Positions 9,495-17,672 of a DNA stretch of 32,000 nucleotides are shown in pieces. A model generated the notes under the pieces. It searched no databases and had not been told where the DNA came from. It worked only from the letters and a program-made list of their open reading frames with translations. The stretch spans positions 1-32,000 of the forward strand of contig DATKYR010000156.1 in NCBI GenBank assembly GCA_035528395.1, written 5' to 3'. The stretch is from Sedimentisphaerales bacterium (GTDB taxonomy: Bacteria > Planctomycetota > Phycisphaerae > Sedimentisphaerales > Anaerobacaceae). Numbering within the stretch: position 1 is the stretch's first letter; every line of letters begins with the position of its first letter. A program made the position numbers and the translations under genes.

Positions 9495-9537
9495 AAAGTT
9501 TCCTCTTTTATATGTTGAATTGTATGTATCGTATTTA

Positions 9538-9721
9538 GAGCCTATCCAAATAACCCGCTCTATTGCGGCCGGCTGCAAAGCCCGATGCCAGCGTTGTCAG
9601 CCACAAATGTTCTCAACGTGGAGAAAACCACGCCTGGCGAGCATTTTTGGCCTGCCGCCTTGGCCTCGAACTTTTCGCTCGGCCTCATAACGACCCGGTC
9701 ATTCGGATAAGCTCTTAGTAT
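9538..9721 (-). repeat. Copy B of the structured repeat, in the glnA 5' leader (candidate cis-regulatory RNA or MITE)
   Basis: 9577-9721 matches 1-147. The arms 9697-9714 and 9538-9555 form an 18-bp helix only when read as minus-strand RNA, with three G-U pairs. The element ends 43 nt upstream of the glnA ATG. Confidence 0.75.
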
Positions 9722-9790
9722 GGGATTATTCTGGTCTTTGTGGGGAAAACTGCAAGATAAATTTCAAAAATTCAATTCTTTCCGTAATAA

Positions 9791-10225
9791 TTACAATACA
9801 AAATCAGAGGCAAAGTCGAGATACAATCTGCAGCCGGGTTTCAAACTGGAATGCCGGTGGACGGACTGTAAAACGGTTCGCAGCCCTTCCTGCCATATAT
9901 CATCCGAGATATCGGCACGGAGCTCGCGGATGTCCTCCAGGCTCTCATTCAAAGGTTGAGCGCGGGTATTCTCCGGTTCGGTATCAAGAATGGCTGCTCT
10001 CAAGGCATCGGCAACAATGCGGTCGTCGATACTCCGGTCGCTGCGATATCCCGAGACGAGGGCGAATTCGATGTTTTGGAGCACATCAAGGTGGTCTCTG
10101 GTCATGTGTTTCATCGACTTTCGGGGTTTCAGTGTTGCACCTAACTTTTTTTCCGAATCCATCTGCCGGATATTGGTCTTTTTTTGCATTGCTCGTTTTC
10201 GCTTCAATCTTTTTACCTTTGACAT
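9791..10225 (-). CDS. Hypothetical protein (basic N-terminus, acidic C-terminal half)
   Basis: 144-aa ORF starting 27 nt downstream of the sulfatase gene on the same strand. I recognise no family motif. Coding status rests on ORF length and operon position. Confidence 0.5.
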   Translation of the reverse strand: MSKVKRLKRKRAMQKKTNIRQMDSEKKLGATLKPRKSMKHMTRDHLDVLQNIEFALVSGYRSDRSIDDRIVADALRAAILDTEPENTRAQPLNESLEDIRELRADISDDIWQEGLRTVLQSVHRHSSLKPGCRLYLDFASDFVL

Positions 10226-10252
10226 ACGAAGACTCCTTTCAAACAGCTCTTA

Positions 10253-11836
10253 TCAGAACATATGGTGACTATCTTTCCCATAAGTTATTTTTTGCTCTTT
10301 TGATTTTTTGGCTTTTTGGGGGTTGTAGTTTGGGTTCGGGGTCAGCATCTGGGCGTTTACGTTGTTTCGCCAGTTTGCCAGCAGTTCTTTCAGCTCTCTG
10401 GTTTTTTCCGGCATTTTTTTAGCTAAATTATACTGCTCGCCGATGTCCTGCTTTAAATTGTAAAGCTCGAATTCGTTGCCAGCCCCGCAGATAGTTTCGT
10501 CGAACCATTCGAGCAGCTTATAATCGCCTTTACGAACGGCCCCGCAGGGGCCGATACTGCTGGAATGATAATGCGGATAGTGCCAGTAAATGGCTTGGCG
10601 GTTAAGAGTGCCGCTTTGCGTCAGAAGCGGCAGCAGGCTTACACCATCGATTGACTTTCCGGCCTTGTTCTTTAGGCCGAGGATTTCCAGAAAGGTCGGG
10701 AAAAAGTCCACACTGATTACAGGCTCGCTGCAGGTGCTGCCTGGTTGCACTACTGGGGGCCAGCGAACGATTAAAGGCTCTCTTATGCCGCCTTCATATA
10801 AATTCGCTTTGCCGCTGCGCAGTGGAGTCTGTTTGTTCGAGCTTTCCAACCCGCCGTTGTCACCGAAAAAGACGACGATGGTTTTGTCGGCAATCTTTAA
10901 TTCATCGAGTTTTTGCAGCAGTCTGCCCACACTGTTATCCAGATCTTCGATCATCGCTGCGACTATCGGATTGTTCCGGGGCAGGCCTGCGCCGGGTTTG
11001 TTTTTGTATTTTTCAATCAGCTTTTTCTTTCCCAAAATCGGCGAGTGTATTGTGTTGTGGGGGACATACAGGAAGAACGGATTGTCTTTGTTCTTTTGAA
11101 GAAATTCCAGTGATTTTTCAGTAATTATTTCCACATTGTGAGCATCACTTTCGGGGTCGTGATTGGAGGCCGGTTTGTATGTAATAATTGATTCATCGAA
11201 GCCCTGCTTGTCGGGATTGTATGGCAGGGACTCCGGTGGTTTTTTGGCGATGCTAAGATGCCACTTTCCGAAACTGGCGGTAGTGTAGCCTGCTGTCTTG
11301 AGGACCTCTGCGATGGTTGTTTCTTCCAGTGGCAGGTATTTTTGCCATTGGGGCTGTTTGTATTTCTCATAAGGGAAGGAGCCGCCGGCGATAAAATCGG
11401 TCAGGTGCAGGCGGGCGGGATATTTTCCGGTCATAATGCCGGCACGGGTAGGTGAGCAGACCGGACAGGCGGCATAGGCATCGGTAAATCTCATGCCCTC
11501 CGCTGCCAGCCGGTCGATGTTGGGGGTTTCATAGAAGCTGCTGCCATAGCAGCCCAATTGGGACCAGCCAAAATCATCGGCGAGGATAAAAAGAAAATTC
11601 GGTTTTTTTCTGTCATTGCGAGGCTCGCCTTGCGAACGTCGGAGATTGCTTCGCTGCGCTCGCAATGACGATGGCTCGAATGATTGAGATTGCTTTGCAG
11701 AGCCAAATCCAGGCAGCGAAAATGCCGCCGCTCCGAAACCCACGGATTTAATAAATACCCTGCGATTCACCCCGTTAGAAATATTTGGTTCGTGCCTCAT
11801 ATTCTTGCTACGATTGGAATTTCTAACGGGGTTCAT
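10253..11836 (-). CDS. Tat-exported Cys-type sulfatase (arylsulfatase A / GALNS-like family)
   Basis: Twin-arginine signal NRRVFIKSVGFGAAAFSL. Catalytic core FLFILADDFGW...CPVCSPTRAGIMTGKYP contains the C-x-P-x-R formylglycine motif. Confidence 0.92.
   Translation of the reverse strand: MNPVRNSNRSKNMRHEPNISNGVNRRVFIKSVGFGAAAFSLPGFGSAKQSQSFEPSSLRAQRSNLRRSQGEPRNDRKKPNFLFILADDFGWSQLGCYGSSFYETPNIDRLAAEGMRFTDAYAACPVCSPTRAGIMTGKYPARLHLTDFIAGGSFPYEKYKQPQWQKYLPLEETTIAEVLKTAGYTTASFGKWHLSIAKKPPESLPYNPDKQGFDESIITYKPASNHDPESDAHNVEIITEKSLEFLQKNKDNPFFLYVPHNTIHSPILGKKKLIEKYKNKPGAGLPRNNPIVAAMIEDLDNSVGRLLQKLDELKIADKTIVVFFGDNGGLESSNKQTPLRSGKANLYEGGIREPLIVRWPPVVQPGSTCSEPVISVDFFPTFLEILGLKNKAGKSIDGVSLLPLLTQSGTLNRQAIYWHYPHYHSSSIGPCGAVRKGDYKLLEWFDETICGAGNEFELYNLKQDIGEQYNLAKKMPEKTRELKELLANWRNNVNAQMLTPNPNYNPQKAKKSKEQKITYGKDSHHMF
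11612..11669. repeat. Palindromic GTCATTGCGAG-type repeat unit embedded in frame in the sulfatase gene
   Basis: gtcattgcgag (11612-11622) is a perfect inverted repeat of ctcgcaatgac (11659-11669). Each half resembles gtcattgcgag..gc..gcaa. It is translated as ...SSLRAQRSNLRRSQGEPRND... between the Tat signal and the catalytic domain. Confidence 0.7.
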
Positions 11837-11963
11837 TTTAAAGTGTCCTTAACTACAGTATAAACTTTGACTTTCCATCTTTTGCGGTATAAGAGTTTAT
11901 CGTATAATTATGACGGCAACAAGGACAGAAATTGAATGACCTGCAAATAAGGAGGCAGCCATA

Positions 11964-13628
11964 ATGACAAAGCACAACAAATACTATGTTCGGTTAAGTA
12001 TAGTTTCGGTGGTAACGATGATTATAGCGGCTCAGCAGGTTTTCGCTTCGGGGGCGGGCCCCGAATTGCTGAAACTTCAGGTTGGTGGTGTGACTTTTGA
12101 ATTAGTGCAGATTCCGGCCGGTCAGTTCCGGATGGGGTCGGAAGCGGGAGATAGTGACGAAAGGCCGGTACATAGGGTTCGCATCAATGAGAGTTTCTAT
12201 ATTGGCAAGACCGAGGTGACTGTACGTCAATTCCGGGCCTTCACTAAGTCCACCGGATATAAGACTGAAGCCGAGAAAGGGCGATGGGCGTGGAACTACG
12301 CCTGGGGATTTCCCATTGTGCCGAGTCTTAACCTTAGCTGGCGTCAGCCGGGGTTCACACAATCGGAAGATAATCCGGCGGTATGTATAAGCTGGAATGA
12401 TGCGGTGGTTTTCTGCAGGTGGCTTTCCAAGGAAACGGGCGAGCACTACCGGCTGCCCAGTGAAGCTGAATGGGAGTACGCCTGCCGTGCCGGAAGGAAG
12501 GGTAATTATGAGGGAAATCTAAATGAGATTGGCTGGTATCGCGATAACTCCGGAGGCGCAACTCATCCGGCAGCACAGAAAAAGCCGAATGCCAGGGGAC
12601 TGTACGATATGCACGGTAACGCGTGGGAATGGTGCCTGGATGTATGGCACTGTAATTATAAGGGTGCCCCGGATGACGGCGGTCCATGGTTAAGAGAAGA
12701 TTATTTGCCTGGCGTTGCAATTCGGCGTGTGCTGCGGGGGGGTGCCTGGTGCAGATTTGACTTCGAGCTGAGTTCTACCTATCGCTACCGCGGCACTGCG
12801 GATTTTCGGAGCGACGGCAGCGGCTTTCGCATCGTGCGTTCCGAGGCCCCCGTGAATGAAGAACCTGAAATCAAGATAGGGGCCCACGAATACTCCAACA
12901 GACAGAGTGTCACCGGCTCCAAATCGGAGGTTAGAGTCGATGGGGAGGCCTTTGAATTTGTGAGAATTCCAGCCGGGGAGTTCCTGATGGGCTCGGAGGA
13001 GGACGACCCGGAAAAACCGGTGCATCGAGTGCGAATCGGGTATGGCTTTGATATAGGCAAAACAGAGGTAACTCTACGGCAGTTCCGTGCCTTCATTGAA
13101 GCTACGGACTACCAAACGGATGCTGAGAAGGAGCGGTGGGCCTGGACTCGCACAGGCCGGCGGGACTGGGATCCCGCGCCGCTTATTTGTTGGTGGAACC
13201 TTCCCTTTGAACAATCCGATGACGACCCGGTGACATGCGTGAGCTGGTATGATGCGATGGAGTTCTGCAAATGGCTTTCCGACGAAACGGGCATGCAAAT
13301 CTGTTTGCCGAGCGAGGCGGAATGGGAATATGCCTGCCGGGCTGGTACCACAGGCCAGTTCGCAGGGGATGTGGACGAGATGGCATGGTACCGCGCCAAC
13401 TCCGGACTCCGTACTCACCCTGTAGGGCAGAAAAAGCCCAATGCTCGGGGCCTATACGATGTGCACGGCAATGTATGGGAATGGTGCCTGGATATGTGGC
13501 ACAAGAGCTACGAGGGGGCGCCAAGCGATGGTAGTGCCTGGACGGAGGCGAAGACTTATGAGCCGGTGATATGCGCGGCGGTTCTTTTGTTAATCCTCCG
13601 TGGTGGCTGCGGTCCGCAAACCACATGA
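11964..13628 (+). CDS. Secreted protein with two tandem SUMF1/FGE-family (formylglycine-generating-enzyme-like) domains; 3' end frameshifted
   Basis: Signal peptide, then two copies of the pattern F.LV.IPAG.F.MGS....E.PVHRV.I...F.IGKTEVT.RQFRAF...WN/YDA..FC.WLS.ETG....LPSEAEWEYACRAG...NARGLYD.HGN.WEWC. The second copy loses the conserved RGGS... tail to a frame change near 13562-13574. Confidence 0.85.
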   Translation: MTKHNKYYVRLSIVSVVTMIIAAQQVFASGAGPELLKLQVGGVTFELVQIPAGQFRMGSEAGDSDERPVHRVRINESFYIGKTEVTVRQFRAFTKSTGYKTEAEKGRWAWNYAWGFPIVPSLNLSWRQPGFTQSEDNPAVCISWNDAVVFCRWLSKETGEHYRLPSEAEWEYACRAGRKGNYEGNLNEIGWYRDNSGGATHPAAQKKPNARGLYDMHGNAWEWCLDVWHCNYKGAPDDGGPWLREDYLPGVAIRRVLRGGAWCRFDFELSSTYRYRGTADFRSDGSGFRIVRSEAPVNEEPEIKIGAHEYSNRQSVTGSKSEVRVDGEAFEFVRIPAGEFLMGSEEDDPEKPVHRVRIGYGFDIGKTEVTLRQFRAFIEATDYQTDAEKERWAWTRTGRRDWDPAPLICWWNLPFEQSDDDPVTCVSWYDAMEFCKWLSDETGMQICLPSEAEWEYACRAGTTGQFAGDVDEMAWYRANSGLRTHPVGQKKPNARGLYDVHGNVWEWCLDMWHKSYEGAPSDGSAWTEAKTYEPVICAAVLLLILRGGCGPQTT

Positions 13629-13705
13629 GGAACAACCCGGGCAACAGGTTCAGCTACAACCAGGGCATTCGAATAGTGCGAGTCGTTGAGCCGGCTTCTC
13701 CTTAG
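13562..13705 (+). other. Out-of-frame continuation encoding the conserved C-terminus of the second SUMF1-like domain
   Basis: From 13574, the frame one base back (-1) from that of 11964-13628 reads RGGSFVNPPWWLRSANHMRNNPGNRFSYNQGIRIVRVVEPASP*, with the stop at 13703-13705. This parallels RGGAW...GSGFRIVRS at the end of domain 1. Confidence 0.7.
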
Positions 13706-13834
13706 GATGTGCTATTGCCCTCTGACCTATTTTCCGCTGCTTTGTAGATGTTGGGTTAGGCTTAAATCAATTTCGGCTACAAATCATTAGGTACGACTTG
13801 ACAACTACTGTCCATGGGTGTACTGTAGTGGTGC

Positions 13835-13863
13835 TTGAAATATGAGCCAAAAACAATTATAAT
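13835..13863 (+). promoter_or_regulatory. Sigma70-like promoter TTGAAA-N17-TATAAT directly in front of the HEPN gene
   Basis: ttgaaa 13835-13840, a 17-nt spacer, and tataat 13858-13863. The ATG at 13872 lies only 8 nt after the -10 box, which implies a leaderless or near-leaderless mRNA. Confidence 0.4.
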
Positions 13864-13871
13864 GGAAAGCG

Positions 13872-14267
13872 ATGCTTGATAGATCCGAGTTAAAAAAGAT
13901 TGCCCAAGCGAGAATCGAAGATGGTAAAGTTTTGCTCAGTTCGAACTGCTACGATGGAGCTGTTTATCTGTGTGGTTATGCAGTCGAGATAGCTCTGAAA
14001 GAAAGGATATGTAGGACTTTAGGTTGGCCTGGATACCCCTCAACGAGGCGGGAATTTGCCAACTACCAGAGTTTCAGAACTCATAATTTGGGCGTGTTGC
14101 TTAGTCTTTCGGGAAGCGAACAGAAGATTAAGACGAACTTCCTCGCTGAGTGGTCGGTGGTGGCCGAATGGGATCCTGAAATGCGTTATAAACCAATCGG
14201 AAGTGCAAATAAACAAGAGGCTGAATTGATGATTGATTCATCAAGAAAACTGTTGAGTGTATTATGA
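13872..14267 (+). CDS. HEPN-domain protein (classical HEPN, putative toxin/RNase-like component)
   Basis: 131 aa. AQARIEDGKVLLSSNCYDGAVYLCGYAVEIALKERI is the helix pair with the A.E.aLK pattern. FRTHNLGVLLSL matches the tHdL..Ll pattern and EMRYKP the aRYp pattern. Confidence 0.65.
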   Translation: MLDRSELKKIAQARIEDGKVLLSSNCYDGAVYLCGYAVEIALKERICRTLGWPGYPSTRREFANYQSFRTHNLGVLLSLSGSEQKIKTNFLAEWSVVAEWDPEMRYKPIGSANKQEAELMIDSSRKLLSVL

Positions 14268-14662
14268 AAAAAGAAACACGGGAAAAATTAGCTTTGCTTG
14301 AGCGAGAAGTATCCGGCGAAAAAGGTGAGTTTTCTCTATTCGGGCTGTTTCTCCGGGAAGATGCTCAAGACGAGGATAAGTGGGATATTCTTGTATCGGC
14401 ACTCTGGCTGGACGCTGATAAGAAGGAAGGTTTAGCGTATTTGGCAAAGGAGATTCAGGAACGGCTCGAGCCTGACGAGCTTCTGTCTATTTCAAGGATT
14501 GTGGTGTTGGAGAGAGGCGATCCGATATTAGAATCCATCCACAAAGCTGTAAACGTGAAACACGGTAAGGTCGAGGTGAAGGATAGTAACTTCTCTGGAG
14601 TTCAAATAACTCAGGCTTGCATAAGTACGTCCTCTGCTGTGAATCCAACAGTGAAACATTAA
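14264..14662 (+). CDS. HEPN-partner protein, possibly a degenerate minimal-nucleotidyltransferase (MNT)-like fold
   Basis: 132 aa with an ATGA overlap onto the HEPN gene. FSLFGLFLREDAQDEDKWDILVSA mirrors the MNT pattern hLFGS.aRGe....SDiDLlV. However, the GS is replaced by GL and DxD by WDI. Confidence 0.5.
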   Translation: MKKETREKLALLEREVSGEKGEFSLFGLFLREDAQDEDKWDILVSALWLDADKKEGLAYLAKEIQERLEPDELLSISRIVVLERGDPILESIHKAVNVKHGKVEVKDSNFSGVQITQACISTSSAVNPTVKH

Positions 14663-14673
14663 CACATTATTAC

Positions 14674-17259
14674 TTATGCTATTTTCTCGAAAGTGAATTT
14701 ATGGGCGTCTGCGTTGATTTTTATATTGTCGCCGTCGGCGAATTTTCCGGCTAAGAGCTCGGCGGCCAGGGGGTTTTCCAGCCGCTGCTGAATCGTCCGT
14801 TTCAAGGGCCTTGCGCCAAAGACGGGGTCGTAGCCCTCATCCATAATCAAATCGCGGGCACTGTCTGTGAATTCGAGTTTTATGTTACGGCTGTTGAGGC
14901 GCTTTGCCAGGTAATCCAGTTGGATATCGACAATCTGCCGCAGGTGCTCTTTATTGAGTATGTGGAAGACGATTATCTCATCGACGCGGTTCAAAAACTC
15001 CGGCTTAAAGAGCTGCTTGAGCGCATCCTTAACGTGGGCCTCGATTTCCCAGTCGGCGCCGGATTCCTCGGTCAACTGCTGAATCTGATGGCTGGCGATG
15101 TTGCTGGTCATAATTATAACGGTGTTCTTGAAATCGACGGTTCGTCCTTTTCCATCGGTCAATCGGCCATCATCGAAAACCTGCAGCAGCACATTGAAAA
15201 CGTCCGGATGGGCCTTTTCAATCTCATCCAACAAAATCACCGAGTAGGGCTTACGGCGAACGGCTTCTGTCAATCGTCCGCCCTCTTCGTAGCCGACATA
15301 GCCGGGCGGCGAGCCGATAAGCCGGGCGACGGAGTGCTGCTCCATAAACTCGCTCATATCGACCCGTACCATAGAGTGCGGGTCATTGAAGAGAAAGTCC
15401 GCAAGGGCTTTGGAAAGCTCTGTCTTGCCGACTCCGGTGGGGCCGAGGAATAAAAATGTACCTATGGGCCGGTTCGGGTCTCCCAAGCCCGACCGGCTCC
15501 TTCGAACCGCATTGCAAAGTGCTGTGACAGCTTCATCCTGCCCCACTACAAGCCGGCGAATGGATTCTTCCATTTTGAGCAGGCGCTCGCGCTCGCCGCT
15601 CAGCAATCGCGCCACCGGTATCCCCGTCCATTTGGATACAACTCCGGCGATGTGCTCTTCGGTCACTTCGTTACGAATCATTTTGCTTCTATCGGATTTG
15701 GCAAATTGAGCTTCTTTTTCTGTAAGCTCTTTTTTCAGATTCGCAATAGTTTCATATTTTAGCCGTGCGGCGGTTTCCAATTGGCCCTTGCGCTGGGCAT
15801 CTTCAAATTGATTTTTCGCCTCTTCAATTTTTTCTTTCAGTTGTTTTATCTGGTCAATTTCACCTTTTTCACTTTCCCATTGTGTTGTAAGCTCTTTGTC
15901 CTTCTTTTGCAATTCCGCCAGTTGCTTTTCAGTATTTTTTAATCGTTCTTTACTGGCATTGTCGCTTTCCTTTTTCAGGGCTTCACGTTCAATCTGGAGC
16001 TGAATAATTTTTCTGCGAATACCGTCAAGCTCGGCCGGCAGTGAGTCGTTTTCAATTCGCAGTTTCGAGGCCGACTCGTCGATCAAATCTATCGCCTTGT
16101 CCGGCAGCCAGCGGTCGGTAATATAGCGGTTTGACAAAGTCGCAGCCGCGACGAGGGCAGCATCGGTTATCCGCACACCGTGATGGGTGTCGTACCGGCC
16201 TTTTAGGCCTCGAAGGATGGCTATGGTTTCTTCGACGCTCGGCGGGTCAATAAGAATCGGCTGAAAACGCCTCTCAAGCGCAGCGTCTTTTTCGACATAC
16301 TTTCGATAATCGTCGATAGTAGTCGCTCCAATACAACGCAGATCGCCCCGTGCAAGAGATGGCTTTAGCAAATTACCGGCATCGACCGCACCTTCAGCTT
16401 TGCCCGCGCCTACTACCGTATGTAATTCGTCGATGAAGAGTATTATCTGCCCTTCAGCAGTGATGACCTCTTTGAGGACGGCTTTGAGCCGGTTCTCAAA
16501 TTCACCCCTGAATTTTGTGCCTGCAATCAGCGCTCCCATATCCAGGGCAATGATTCTTTTGTTCTTCAAACATGTGGGGACATCGCCCGCAATTATCCGT
16601 TGAGCGAGGCCTTCGACGATTGCGGTTTTGCCGACGCCCGGCTCGCCTATTAGTACAGGATTATTTTTCGTTCGGCGGTTGAGGACCTGCATACATCGCC
16701 GAATCTCTTCATCTCTGCCGATGACCGGGTCGAGCTTTCCCTTGCGAGCCATCTCCAAAAGGTCAATCCCATAGCGCTCCAGAGCTTTGTATTTATCCTC
16801 CGGATTCTGGTCGGTTATCTTTTCCGGCCCGCGAATTTCTTTAATGGCGTTTTCAACTTGTTCGGGTGTTATTGAGTTGAGCCGGAGAATCTCTTTCGCA
16901 TCACTTTGTACCGAAGTTAGTGCTATTAGCAGATGCTCCACGCTCAAGTATTCGTCGCCCATTGCATCAGCCCTGTTTTGGGCATCCAGAACAACCTGGC
17001 TGAAAGCCGGGTCGGGCATAAGCTGATTACCACTGCTGCCCTGCGGCAGCCGCCCAAGCTCGCTCTCGGTCATCTCCCTAATTCGCGGGACATTGGCGCC
17101 TATCTTTTTCAAAATCTCAACCGCAATGCCGCTGTCCTCGCCGCAAACCGTGCCTAATAGATGCAATGGTGACGTAACAGTATGCGACTTGGCCATCGCG
17201 AGCTGCTGAGCAGTTGCCAATGCCTCCTGGGCTTTTAGTGTGAATTTGTCGAATTTCAT
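14674..17259 (-). CDS. clpB: ATP-dependent chaperone/disaggregase ClpB
   Basis: 861 aa. Clp N-domain, two AAA+ modules (GEPGVGKTA and GPTGVGKTE Walker A motifs), and a long coiled-coil M-domain between them. Confidence 0.97.
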   Translation of the reverse strand: MKFDKFTLKAQEALATAQQLAMAKSHTVTSPLHLLGTVCGEDSGIAVEILKKIGANVPRIREMTESELGRLPQGSSGNQLMPDPAFSQVVLDAQNRADAMGDEYLSVEHLLIALTSVQSDAKEILRLNSITPEQVENAIKEIRGPEKITDQNPEDKYKALERYGIDLLEMARKGKLDPVIGRDEEIRRCMQVLNRRTKNNPVLIGEPGVGKTAIVEGLAQRIIAGDVPTCLKNKRIIALDMGALIAGTKFRGEFENRLKAVLKEVITAEGQIILFIDELHTVVGAGKAEGAVDAGNLLKPSLARGDLRCIGATTIDDYRKYVEKDAALERRFQPILIDPPSVEETIAILRGLKGRYDTHHGVRITDAALVAAATLSNRYITDRWLPDKAIDLIDESASKLRIENDSLPAELDGIRRKIIQLQIEREALKKESDNASKERLKNTEKQLAELQKKDKELTTQWESEKGEIDQIKQLKEKIEEAKNQFEDAQRKGQLETAARLKYETIANLKKELTEKEAQFAKSDRSKMIRNEVTEEHIAGVVSKWTGIPVARLLSGERERLLKMEESIRRLVVGQDEAVTALCNAVRRSRSGLGDPNRPIGTFLFLGPTGVGKTELSKALADFLFNDPHSMVRVDMSEFMEQHSVARLIGSPPGYVGYEEGGRLTEAVRRKPYSVILLDEIEKAHPDVFNVLLQVFDDGRLTDGKGRTVDFKNTVIIMTSNIASHQIQQLTEESGADWEIEAHVKDALKQLFKPEFLNRVDEIIVFHILNKEHLRQIVDIQLDYLAKRLNSRNIKLEFTDSARDLIMDEGYDPVFGARPLKRTIQQRLENPLAAELLAGKFADGDNIKINADAHKFTFEKIA

Positions 17260-17353
17260 TTCTAAACCTTTTTATCGCAAACTGAGTTCCAATTATATAC
17301 ATACTCCAACCATAAATAAACTGAGCAAATAGCGTGCCCGAACAAACCAAAAT

Positions 17354-17382
17354 TGTAATTGCCGTTATAATAAGCAATTACA
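17354..17382. promoter_or_regulatory. Perfect 9-bp inverted repeat upstream of clpB (possible operator or leader hairpin)
   Basis: tgtaattgc (17354-17362) and gcaattaca (17374-17382) are separated by 11 nt, about 95-120 nt upstream of the clpB ATG. It does not match CIRCE. Confidence 0.3.
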
Positions 17383-17672
17383 GCTTTCTTGTTCTTTTGT
17401 CTGAGTGCCAATTTGGCAGGTCTAATCGTTTGTTCCGGCGCACCTGCAGCACACCTGGATAACACAGCGGATTTCTACAACCTCCCCAGATGGGTTTTCG
17501 AAAATCCCGGCTATTTCAGCATATAGCAGGGGGCAAATATTTCATATAGTGAAGTGCCAGTACTTGCGATTTGGGATTTCTTATCACGGATGGTCCGCAA
17601 AGCCGGACGGGAATGTTACCAGACGGCGTTTGGCGAAAGTGCTCGGCTCAATTGCGACAGTGCTGCGAGGGC

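Noticed and set aside
9495-9578. N-terminal extension of glnA (MQPAAIERV...) and of the prepilin-like gene (2841-2951)
   Set aside because: The extensions have no RBS. They overlap the structured leader element and the glmS 3' end respectively. The internal ATGs at 9494 and 2840 have better context and give canonical N-termini.
9571-9590. Sigma-54 promoter (TGGCAT-N-TTGCA) on the minus strand upstream of glnA
   Set aside because: The GG-to-GC spacing is 11 nt rather than the strict 10 nt. The TGGCA is not conserved in copy A of the repeat, which has cAGGCA at 9-14.
1-9721. The two ~145-bp direct repeats as attL/attR-type borders of a 9.5-kb island
   Set aside because: The interval contains core genes (glmS, hisHF, glnA). 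The repeat continues leftwards past the point matched at the window edge, so it is a dispersed structured element rather than a pair of integration scars.
17488-17519. Sigma-32-like heat-shock promoter (CTGAAA ... CCCATCT) upstream of clpB on the minus strand
   Set aside because: The spacer is 19 nt, longer than the 13-17 nt I recall for the consensus, and both boxes are imperfect. This is too weak to call without comparative data.
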